The notes under the pieces are model-generated. The model saw nothing but the letters and a program-made list of their open reading frames with translations, was not told where the DNA came from and ran no database searches. Made by a program: the position numbers and the translations under genes. 64,000 bases of DNA, from the NCBI GenBank assembly GCA_025201805.1, contig MU619393.1, positions 3,221-67,220 of the forward strand. Direction: 5' to 3'. Source of the DNA: Parasitella parasitica NRRL 2501. Lineage: Eukaryota > Fungi > Mucoromycota. Shown here in pieces: positions 11,401 to 24,712 of this stretch. Positions within the stretch are counted from its first letter, which is position 1, and each line of letters starts with the position of its first letter.

Positions 11401-13854
11401 GTTTACGAAGCTGGATCAGGAGTTTGACCGCTTGCAAAAGTCAAATATGCGCCAAGATCAACAAGAAAGCAGCTTTTTAGAAATATACAATAGCTTGATG
11501 AAGTCTGTAATCACTTCGGTCGATAAATTTTTGATGGAGACAGCTCATGACTCTGTTGCATCTACTCCTCATGAGCAGTGGTTCCAGAAAACATATGGCA
11601 AGCAGCTTATCCATGCGTGTAATATGCTTCAAAAACCTACCTCTATGAAGAACTACCGACAAGGATGGGAATGCTTTCAGCAGGCAAGTGAAAAATATTT
11701 GTCCGATTTCGTTTCACGTACTGATACAATGTTGACAGTTCCACCGTCAGTTAATGGCAGAAACTCACAAAGTTCGAATCTTGGAGCTCTCCCGAGTCTC
11801 GCCTTATCTTCATAGTATGAAAGACACTCCCATCGGTCTTCCTGGTCAAAATGAAGACGAAGAATCGTGCTTCATATATTCATTTGGCTCCAATGTCGTT
11901 GTATTACCCACGAAGACCAAACCAAAAAAGCTCGATCTCAAGGGCTCTGATGGTAAAAAGTATTCCTATCTGTTCAAAGGGCTCGAGGACCTCCATTTGG
12001 ACGAGCGTATCATGCAATTGCTGACAACAACCAATGGACTATTGAGCGAAAATGGAGCTACTGCTCTCCGTGGCTTGCGCGCCAGAACGTATGCTGTCAT
12101 TCCACTGAGTGATCATTCAGGTATGATTCAATGGGTTAATGATGCTACGCCATTTTTTGCTTTGTTCAAGAAATGGCAAAAACGCGAATCCACTGCTTAT
12201 ATGCTCTTGAACAATGACAAGCCAAACGAAGCCTACATGCAGACTCTCATGCAACGGCCGACTGAACAGTTTACAGCCAAGGTGGCAACTATTCTCAAAG
12301 CTGCTGGTCTCCGAGTAACCGCAAACAGAAGATACTGGCCGAAAGAAGTGCTGAAAAAAGTCTATCTTGAGCTTGTAAAAGAGACTCCTGGTGATTTGCT
12401 TCAAAAAGAAATTTACTATTCAAGTTCTAGTGCTGCAGAGTGGTTCAAAAAAAGCACCTCATTCGCACGTTCATTAGCAGTTACCTCCATAATTGGTTAC
12501 ATCATTGGTTTAGGTGATCGACATTTGGATAATATGCTGATTGATTTCCGCTCTGGGGAGGTAATTCATATCGATTATAACGTTTGCTTCGAGAAGGGTA
12601 GACGACTTCGTGTGCCTGAATTGGTGCCTTATCGTTTGACTCAAAACTTGTATGGAGCATTGGGAATCACAGGCGTAGATGGGCAGTTTAAAGCAGCTGC
12701 AGAAGAAACCCTGCGTGTACTAAGGAAGCACAAGGAAGTCTTGATCACTTTATTGGATGCTTTTGTGTATGATCCTTTGGTTGACTGGGAAAGTGAGGCA
12801 ATGGAGACAGGTTATAGACAAATGATGGAATTACAAGCCAATCTTAGTCTGGTCGCTACTCGTGTTATCAAGAAGCAAGCTGAACAAGACAAAGAGCGTA
12901 AGATTATATTAGGAAGTCTTTCCGGATTAAGACATAATCTACATCAGTGGCAGGAATCTATGCTTATCGAGGCAGATACATTAAATGCAGAGGATGGTAG
13001 CGATGACGACGAACAAGGTTTAGATCAGAATTCAATGTTGTCTTCTCGTATTGAAGGCGAATATTCTACGTTTATGGGTAGACTTCCAGTCTATTTGCTC
13101 CGAGAAGTAAAATCTCATTTAACCAATGTCTATTCACTTGTGCGAGATTCTCGATCTTCAGTTGAAGGAATTGCACCACTTTTAGAATCGATTATTATTA
13201 TTGAAACAGATGCCGATAATGAATTGCGTCCAGCTCAGAATAGTGCAAAGGTTAGTGGTAGTTTACAATATCACCGTACGATCATAGTTTCATTTATTTG
13301 CAATTGTAGATTGCCTTGGATGCCACAATTGTCATTACTACTGAACTCAAGAATTTTGATAAACAGTTAAATGAAAAGATAAATTACGAGTCGGAATGGA
13401 CATATTCTCAACTATTAGATTTTATTGAGATCATCTCAAAATCTGTACAAGATTATTTCGCTGCATTGAGAACTTTGGAAGAGTTTGGTCCTGACGGTAT
13501 CAAAAGCAACGCAACATCAGCTGCTCTTGAAGACGAAGAAACGAATAATGTGAATGAAGATGTTAGAAACTCGCATCAGCAAACATCACAGGATCCATGT
13601 AAGTGATGAGTTATACGGTTATTCTATTAAATAGGGTGTATTCATTTTGCTATTTATCCACAGTTCTCGTAAAACCTGTATCAAGCAGCCACGTTACAAA
13701 GATTATGAAAAGGATTCGATCCAAGCTTGATGGATTAGATTTCGGGATTCAGCATAAAATGAGTGTATCTGAACAGGTTGCAAGATCGATAGAACAGGCT
13801 ACATCTGTTGACAATCTGTGTATGATGTATGAAGGTTGGACCAGTTGGGTATAA
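5452..13854 (+). CDS. SMG1: SMG1-type PI3K-related protein kinase (nonsense-mediated decay kinase), ~2,400-2,500 aa, many short introns
   Basis: FWAMWESARYCMLSRLRTPFGGPQQTF, FFRTNKKTCHDYF, WKPVIPQLFAQLNHP, TPHEQWFQ, LPTKTKPKKL..YLFKGLEDLHLDERIMQ, GLGDRHLDN, HIDYNVCFEKG..LRVPE.VPYRLT, and FATC NLCMMYEGWTSWV*. These are SMG1-specific versions of the PIKK motifs rather than TOR/ATM/ATR versions. Confidence 0.9.
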
Positions 13855-14923
13855 GGAGTTTGATCGTCAGAGTGCGCATGTAATCTGCATTTAAGAATAT
13901 TATACAATAGTGAGAGAGAATATACAAAAAGGATAGGATAAAGAAAAAGAATGGCGGTGTTGAGGCATCTCCACCACCACTGCCTGGATTATATACATAA
14001 TGTTATATCATCTTACTTGAATAAAACCAAGAACCTCTACATAATCCATCTTATGAGGCTATTATAACAATTGGTCTGGCTGCAAACAGATCAGCTTAGT
14101 AGAAATTATGCGTTTCCATGCAAGGACGTAATAGGATTTATCCTGATACTTTATGATGCTCGGATTACCAGCAATTAAGCATATGACGGATTAAATCATT
14201 CAAATTATGTCAGTACAATTTTTGTAGAACTAAGGAGCACTTTTATGCAAATAGATAACTAACACAAGAACACAGCAAAATAAACACAATTCAGCGAGGA
14301 ATAGAGTTTAATGTTTTGTTTGGTTTTTTAATTCCCATTCAAGTTTCGTATTTTTGGGAAGTCGGTATTAAATCAGGTATATCTTATTTTCAAAAACTAA
14401 TTAAAAATATATATATGCTTTAGAAAACTATAAAAAAAATATGTGCGTATGCAACAAAGCGTGAAATAAATGGTCATGTATTTTGATTTGAAATAAGAGC
14501 TCTTTCAACAGAGTAAATCATGTTGAAAGTCGGGCGAAATAGCTTGAATCAACCAAATTAGGAGATTCGAAATCCAAAAAAGGCGATTTTTCAAGTTGAA
14601 CACTCCGTTCTATTTAATAATAGCCGAGTTACATCTTCACTTGTAAGTATTTAGCTGTAATTTGTTTATCCTTTTCTCTTCTTTTATTATTATTACCCTT
14701 TATTTTCTGATCCTCTTGATATATCCAGTCTTTTTCTTCCCTCATCATGACATTTAAAGGACTTAAAATAAAATATGGAGCATGTCCTCCCTTACAAAAA
14801 AAAAAAAAAAAGTTCTATTTAATTAATAATATGTTAACGAACAGCTTTAATGATAAACAGAAATTTGCTTTTATAAACACAATGCTAATCAAAGAGAGTT
14901 TTTTTAGAAATGATGAAAATTGA

Positions 14924-15157
14924 TTTATCAGAATGAGAAATTACTCAATTAAAACGGTTGTGACTTAATCATGTAAAAGTATCATTTATTACATTAAATA
15001 TGATGGTTTATATACTAGTAAATTTAAGTGGACTGATGTGGGAACAGGATGTAATTGCGAGGCATGGTATGACTTAGAGAATGGAACGATAGAATGTATC
15101 TATTATCTATGAACATGCCATGTTGAATTATAAATATGGAACACGATCCATTGGGAT
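14924..15157 (-). repeat. Dispersed non-coding repeat, copy A (inverted relative to copies B and C)
   Basis: Its reverse complement CCCAATGGATCGTGTTCCATATTTATAATTCAACATGGCATG...CATCAGTCCACTTA...TTTCTCATTCTGATAAA aligns by eye with 46451-46593 and 63095-63175. Confidence 0.85.
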
Positions 15158-15950
15158 TGTGAAATACATTCACCATGATGATCTGCCTTCCACTTCTAGA
15201 TTCATCCAGTTACCTTAAATTGATATAAACTACATATGCGCACAGATAATAAGATGTGCAATACAGATTTATACTATATAAGATATAAGCTAGAGACGGC
15301 ACCATTAGGATGGATGACGCTATAGACTGATACTTATATCTCGACACGAGCCTTAGACATTTATTAGATTTAGTATATGCTACGAGCTTATGCTATATAA
15401 GATCTATGCTTCAGATGCGTATTCCCAGTTTCTAGATACGCACTACAAGACATATACTTATATCCATGATACTAGCTACAGATACATCATGTACTACAGA
15501 CTTGTACAATATGTGCAATGCTATAGATATGCTCATGACATGCTATAGTCATGCTTCATATACCAATATATGCTAAGATGAATACCAAGTGATATACACT
15601 CAGACATGTACTATTAATATAGACTGAATAAGACTATACAAGAGATGATATACGCTAATGGATCGATATTAATAATCTTCGCATAGAAGATTGATCAGGG
15701 TACGTCGGGTGAAGACTATATCTACTCACTCAGATAGATCTATAAGTTATGTTTAGTCTGCTGAGATGTCGGTTAGCACAAATTTAAGATGCTAATCAAT
15801 CAGAATCATTGTGCACGTTAAATTACGAGAATAGAACATTTATCCATAGCTTGAGTATATGAAGGTTCATCTACCTGGCCAGTAGATGAACGGAAGCTTT
15901 ATACACCTGTCGATTTGATAATAAAAACCTATACCTTTATCAAGTTGACA
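15158..15950 (-). mobile_element. LTR-like / transposon-derived non-coding segment continuous with repeat copy A
   Basis: No ORF. Distinct texture rich in TAGAT/TATGCT/GCTATAG words and almost free of homopolymer runs. On the minus strand it begins TGTCAA.., has a TATAAA ~50 nt in, then a near-perfect palindrome. No target-site duplication was identified. Confidence 0.4.
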
Positions 15951-18145
15951 TTATTGTTTTTTTATTATATTTTTTTCCGTGAATCCATATAGCAACTATG
16001 CCGATTCCACAGGCTGCGTTGATACTACCAATTACTTCCGAAATAATAAAGTGTCTTACAACAATATCATTTCCACTGCAAGATAGGAAATATTTCTTTT
16101 TAGATTCTTCTTGGGCATTTGCGAAACAAATGCATTCGGTGCTTATTAGTTTTTATTGATATTGGGAATATCACTCATGACAATTTTAAGGGTACTTCAG
16201 CTTGGGCATTTTTGAAGTATTGTGGGGCGTTAAACTTCGACCCTGCTGTAGAAAGTAATCCTCTGGTAAGCATTGATTATTAAAAAATAATAACAATTGC
16301 CAGTATTTGTGGTTGATGAGCAATAATAACTATAAACATTAGATTAGTTCGGTAGGCGTTATAATGATTTTCGTGCAAGTGGTACAAGGTTCGGAAAACT
16401 GTGCAGCTGCAACCCAGGTACATCCATGTATAAACCTTATCATATAACTCGCATTTGCAAGAAGCTTGACCTTGTCAAAACGTATTAGAATTTAATTAAT
16501 AAGCTTGAACCCGCCTCCATATACTTTTTTGTTCAAAGCAGCATTACCAATGATAGATTGAAAAGTCGGCCGATGTGGGCCGATTGAATTTCAGGAAAAC
16601 AATCTCTGATAGCACATTTTTCACTTTTTCTGAACAAAACAAAAAAACTTGGAAGCACAATCACCTTCAGTGTGTATGATTGAAATCTTGTACCACTAAT
16701 TATAGTGTGTAACAAGTACAGTTATTGCGCAGAAAACAATGTTATCAATTAGAAATGCCAATTTGACGTTAACATAATACAGCATTGTACCCTTTTACTA
16801 CTAGGTAATTGTACTCTATCACAGTTTGTATCTGGTAATTTTGATAGTCTCTATTATTTTCCCTTTTTTTTTTTTCATATACCAACCATCTGTTGCGCTT
16901 TTTTCATGACCTGGCACAACAATGTTGATTCCGTTTACATAAAGACAATAATTTGAATAAAAAAATACCAAAAAAAAAAAAAACAAACAAATAGGAAGCA
17001 GAGCATAAATCCTTAAAGTAATTTGGGTGTGTCTTACTTGCTTGATTAAATAAATCTTTGCTTCCCCCTCGTTAAAAGCATAATAATGTCTCAAATGCCT
17101 AATATGTTTAATCACTTTTATGTAATTTTAATAAAATAAGGCACCTTCTTGCACCAAATTATGCTTTTCTTGTACCGTTTTATAAATCAGGCATATTTAA
17201 ATATAATATACTGGGCTTCTTTTGTCTTATATTGATTTTGCAATGATCAAAATACCAAATAGATACAGAGAGGATGTCTTTGAAATGCAGTGCAAATTGA
17301 ATTAATGTCATTGATTTGGTTGAGCGATTTTGATACACTTTGGTGAAATAAGGAACATGGTGTAATATTAGGCAGCCATGAATCGCTTGACCCTGCAAAT
17401 TTTACTATAACTTACGTAAGCACTATCTACTTGATCAAATAAATCTATTATAGAGGTACAAATGATGGGTAAAATAAACAAATAGGTAACAATAAAAACA
17501 ATTTCCACTCACATTCAATGTGGGACATGTACTAGGCCCAAAATTTCCTGTTTACGTATCAGCAAACATGATGCCATGATGATGATCTAAATTGAAAACG
17601 AGTTTTACATTGGGAGCACCGCATTTTCTGGTATGTGTGCATGTCATACTAAAATGCACCTTTTTTTTTTTTTTTGTTCAGACAGCCAGCTTAAGACAAA
17701 ATGTTCAAGATGTGGCTATCAAGATAAACTAGTTCCTATCCATAATAGTAATATGATAGCAACCATAACCATCTTTTGTGAAACATATAATGCCCTATAT
17801 TTTGAATCTCCATATAAAAGACTCTCTTATTATTAGACCGATCACCAAGTTTTGGACCGTGCGGATGATGTAAGAGATGTGTAAATGTTGCTGTGTAACT
17901 TTTTCCGTGCTGATTTGGGGTTAAGAGAACTTTATCAATACGTAAAAAAAAATTGACTCAAATTATCAACATGAATTGTTTTTTCCTTGAAAGTAGATTA
18001 AAAAAGTTTTCTCGCATGATAATACCGTATAAACAATTACATCGGTTGTTTCGGGAAATCTAAAGAAACACAAAGATTGGAAAGGCGTTTTACCCGCGTG
18101 TGGTCTGCGGAGTGTGTTGGGCTATTTTCCTGGATTGATCAAGCA

Positions 18146-18153
18146 TATATAAA
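18146..18153 (+). promoter_or_regulatory. TATA box of UGP1
   Basis: TATATAAA ~80 nt upstream of the ATG, followed by a CT-rich tract. Confidence 0.55.
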
Positions 18154-18229
18154 TGATCATTGTGTTTTTCTAGTCTCTCTTCTTCTCTTTCTTAATCTAA
18201 CCTCTATTGATTTCAACTAACACTGTAAC

Positions 18230-20091
<1,862 letters not shown>

Positions 20092-20242
20092 GCTATATAA
20101 CTATTCCCATTACACTCTTCCACCTCTCTCTCTTTTTTTTTTTTTTTTTATTTTTTTTTTAAACATATACTGTAACTTCTTCATAACCCATCTGCATTTT
20201 TCGTTTTGGAAGACCAAATCAAATAAACTTGTTTATTATCTA

Positions 20243-20972
20243 TTAATCCATGTTCTTCTGGATCTTTTCTAGTAAGACATCCATCTGTGATGCCATTTTG
20301 GGCTGGCCCTTCTTTGTCCTTGCCAACATTTTGCTTCTCTGCTGACTTCTTTCTTTATAATAGCTGATGCGAGCTTTCTTCTCCTGCTTGTATTTCATTT
20401 GGCGTTCTTCCCTTTCATTTAATGATTCCTTTTTGAGCTTTTCACGTTCTTCTAATTGTGCTTTGAATGGATTTGGCTTTAATGATTTTGCTGATCTTTG
20501 CATTTTTCGAGATTTTTCTCCGCTATCACTGCCTTCATCGTCTTTATCGTCTTCATCGTCTTCATTATCTTCCTCGTCTGAAGAAGATTTGTCCAAGTCA
20601 AACTCTTGTTCCTGTTCCTCATCTTGGTTTCTTTTTAATTCAACCACATTTCCATCTTTATCAATCGTACGCTCTGCGCCGAAAATCTAATTAAAGCAGT
20701 ATTAACGAGTCTAGACTTCCCCAAGTTTTAGCTGCTATATTACCTCTTTAACATAATCCGGTGTACTGTCGTTGGTATTTTTATTGAGTTCTTTGTAATA
20801 TTCACTCTTTACTTGGGCCTTGTGTATGAGATCATACTTTCTTTTCTGTTCTGGATAATATTCTACAGTGTCAGTGATAGGCAACAAGTGTCCGTGCATT
20901 TCAAATCTTACGCTTTCTTTGTAAGGCTGTTAGAGGCTTTCTAGGCTTTTTCGCGTGAGGTTTAGGAGGCAT
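20243..20972 (-). CDS. Fyv7-like rRNA-processing protein, 3 exons
   Basis: MPPKPHAKKPRKP.. start, LIHKAQVKSEYYK, an acidic linker, and C-terminal RTKKGQPKMASQMDVLLEKI, which matches the Fyv7/rRNA_processing family motif. Confidence 0.7.
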
Positions 20973-21131
20973 ATTTTATAATGTCAATCGTGAAATGGAT
21001 AAAAAAGAATGAATAACTGTATAAAAAAATATTGGAAAGCCAGTCTTTTCATGCGATATTGATAGGTGGCTTGACTTCTCAACATCTAATCAAGCACATA
21101 AATCATCCTTGTTCTCTGTAATAAGGGAGGT

Positions 21132-22945
21132 TTATTTAGCACGGCCATTCTCAGCAGATAACAACTCTATATCTGCGAAATCAGTAGCCATGCTCTTTGC
21201 ATCATGTGTAGTATATATAACATAGATGATCAGCGATGATATTAGGGACGAAGCTACGAATATTATATCCGACCACCGTTTGAAATAATCAAATTCTACT
21301 GATTGCAGGGAAGAAGAAATCAAGTATCTATGCGTATACCTTAATCAGAGAATCCAGCAGAAGCATCAAGGGCCATTACATACCTGTATTCTGGGGGCAA
21401 GCTCATTTGCATCATCAAAACCGAACTTAAAAAGTACATTCCCATCATATGAGCAACAAACAGTAAAATACTGCCGGCAGAAAAGGTTACTTTAAGCGTG
21501 AATACTCGAAGCACTCGAGTCAACAGCTTTACAAACCCTCGCACAGAACCAAATACAATGATGCCCGCAAACCAAAAGCTAAGTTGCTGAGACCAAAAGA
21601 CAGGGTCGATTTTAAAATCGACATTGTTTCTTTCCAAATGTCCCATCATCGCCGATAGTAATTTTGTTATGGGATCAGAACTACCTGATCGTTGCAACAA
21701 GACGTTGAACGTTGTCTGCGTGAATCTATTAGGATAGCGCGGGGAACGGGTCATGAACACTTACGACAATTAACCTGTAGATGCAGTAAATGGAGAATAT
21801 CCAGTCGACAATCCCCCATATTTGACCTTTCCAAGTCTGTGAAAATCTACTCTTGGCCCTACCACGCTCCAATTCATCCAGATCAGCTTTCATACTAACA
21901 GCTAATCCTTCCAGCTGTTCGATTTCCGTTTGCAATAACCTAATTTCTACATGAAAAAAAAAAAAAAAAAAAAAAATTAGAACACATGTCAAATACCTAC
22001 GCCTAAAAATTACCACTATGGCCGGGCCCAGTTATTGAGGATACCATGCGGGTAAAAAAACCACCCCGTGATGACGATGCCTTGTTTGCGTTTGATATAC
22101 TGTCTTGATTCTGCATCTTTTCTAATAACAACTTCATTTCTTGAATCCTGCTTTCGGTTTGCTGATAAGCATGCTCGGCCACTGTGAAATCCTGTTCATT
22201 AACATGTCTTTTGTATGACGCCCATGTATTGAATGGGGCGTTTACCACACCAAATCCAGACAATATCGAGATAATTGTTATTCCAACAACACTAATACGA
22301 ATAATACTGAGCTCAACCCATGATGTTGTTGCTTTACAGATGTGTTTTTAGTGTGTGTGTGTCTGTGGACGCGGAGATTTACAGTAGCATAATGATTACC
22401 TATAACCGCATACTGCTTTATTTGACTGAACAAATAGAGGTAAACGGCACAAAATGCCGTTGCTGAATAGACCGATATTTTGATTCTCCAGCCTATACCA
22501 ATGTTAGCCTGAATATTAAATACCATTAATAAACCAAACAAACCTCTAGTTATATGAAAAAAGACATACAGTTGAAACCAAGGTAAAACCACGATGACAA
22601 GTAACAGCAGCAGGTCGAGATTGAGTTTCCAATACTGTGAGCGTGCACTATTTATATGAATGAAGAAATGAGGGACATCAAATTAGTTTTTCTTTATGCT
22701 GTTATGAACACCACGACTTACGTATTCGAGAATAGATTGACTATCTCACTAAATACGAGCAAAAACAAAGTGCAGGAGCTACTCAGTGTCAGTGAGAATA
22801 ACGTGTGCGGTATATACAATGGATGCTTGAATGCAATGGGTGAAGGTACATTATAGTCATGGAATAGGAGCTTGGCGACGTTTGTCGATCCAACTGTTAG
22901 CAGAGTGAGTTGTATCGAAATAAAGATAAATGTATCAAAAGTCAT
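21132..22945 (-). CDS. GPR89/Golgi pH regulator (GPHR, GTG-like) membrane protein, multi-exon
   Basis: LFSLTLSSSCTLFLLVFSEI, RIGVIGITIISILSGFGVVNAP, FSQTWKG..FSIYCIY, DPIT, WSQQLSFWFAGII, MGMYFLSSVLMM, and W.DIIFVAS. Confidence 0.88.
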
Positions 22946-23040
22946 TGCACAAGAGGAAAAGAGTGTAGAAAATAGATTATTGAAACATTTTATTGGTAAA
23001 ATGCCACCTATTTTTAGTTTCTTTGTATTATTATTTACAT

Positions 23041-24163
23041 TTATTGTTGCTGTCTCCATTCTACATAATCATCAAAGAGAACAGGCCCTAAATAGACAAA
23101 CGAGTAAGAATAAATGCTGCTGAAAAAAATACCAAGAAAATACACCTACATGATGATGTGCTGTCGTAAGTTGAAAGGTCTTGAGGAACTGCTTTGCAAA
23201 AATCAAGCAAACTAGACCATTGGTCTTTATTGATTACTTTGACAGGTTTCTTTTCCTTTTGGCCGTAGATGTCAATCAAATTGAATGCCAAGCGATGAAA
23301 AAAAAAAAAAAAAAAAAAAATGACTTACTTGAACAAACTGTACAAAGGACTTGCTTATAGGGTATTCGTGTTCTAACAAGAGGCGCCAAAGAGCAGTTGC
23401 CATCTACACTCACGCTTATATCAGATAATGCTTAATGCAGCCATTCCTACATCTCACCTCTACTTCCATACTCTTTTGACCTTTTGATTTGACATAATTG
23501 AAAGTAAAAAGATATAATTGTTTGAACTGGGTCTCGTCTTGAGAAATTTGCGTTTCCCAATCATCCAGTACTTTCTTGAAATCAGCTGCAGTTGTAATAC
23601 TGCATTTTGCAAATGCGTCAGTGCTCTACACATTGATATATCGTTATTGAACTTGTTCGTACCCGGCAGCTTCCATTGCTTTGATCCATTCCTCCTTTGT
23701 AATGTAACCCATACTACTTGCTCCCATTTTCCATCCAACAATGATAGGTACTATCTATATACATATACAGCCCATGTTATTGTTTGCGCATCAAATTTAC
23801 TCGCTTTGACGTACACTTTCCAAGGAAATGCCTAAATCTCCAAAGAGTTTCTGACAGCCATCAGGAGGTATAACGTTTGGATTATCTTTGTCTGTATATT
23901 TTTGAAACCACTTTATACGTTTATCTGTATCGGATTTTTGCTATAAACATATGCAGGGCTGGTCAGGTTCAACAACTACCACAAATTCATACACACTTAC
24001 TTGAGCTGTACTATGTATTATGTTAAACAAAGAACGTAAATCAAAAATTGTTTGCGTGCAAAAAACCTATTTACTTTACTTACGTTTGTCTCTTTTTTTG
24101 GATCTTGACTTTTCTTGGTATTATAGTCGATTCCCTTGCAGAAGCTTTACGTTTTGGCGGCAT
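23041..24163 (-). CDS. DCN1-like cullin-neddylation protein (DCUN1D4/5 type, basic N-terminus, no UBA domain), multi-exon
   Basis: MPPKRK start; PDGCQKLFGDLGIS, WKMGASSMGYITKEEW, LYLFTFNYVK..QKSM, INKDQWSSLLDF, and YDSTSSWPVLFDDYVEW (PONY domain). Confidence 0.88.
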
Positions 24164-24532
24164 CGTTGTGCTGTGTGTGTTTGATTGTTTTTGGAAAAAA
24201 GAAAAGCTGTCTTTCTATATTATAATATATTGCGTAAAATAAATATGGTTCCTCTACGCGCACCAGATGCAAGGTGCAACCCGAGATCTGGAACAGAGCA
24301 AATAATCAAAAGATTAACCTGCGCAACATTGCAGTTGTATTTCATGAATAGTGTGCTCTTTACAAATATACAGGTGAATGCCCTTATGCATGTGTGTTCA
24401 TGTACAAGGTAATTTCTTGAGACCACTGCCAGCCGTTGAAAATATTTTAATAACCCAAATAGACATGATGTAAATGAACAGTTTGAGATAGTTTTTTGTT
24501 TATTAAATTATTAACATACAAGAACAATAATA

Positions 24533-24536
<4 letters not shown>

Positions 24537-24571
<35 letters not shown>
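24537..24571. repeat. (AG)17 microsatellite
   Basis: Perfect dinucleotide run downstream of the MFS gene stop codon. Confidence 0.95.
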
Positions 24572-24573
<2 letters not shown>

Positions 24574-24712
24574 TGGACAATGTTGAAGGATTGCTACTCG
24601 TTACAGAGTAAAAATGAGCATAATATAATAATGTCTCTAGCCATTAGTATGCAGGGATATAGATAGTCAATGATTTAGATAGCATAATACGGTAAATGCA
24701 TGGACATACATT

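Noticed and set aside
14560-14580. GGAGATTCGAAATCC, resembling a Pol III B box or tRNA T-arm
   Set aside because: The match is imperfect and no cloverleaf or A box could be built.
16533-17836. Short ORFs of 60-98 aa upstream of UGP1
   Set aside because: They are homopolymer-driven, with no motifs, no coherent splice structure and no codon bias.
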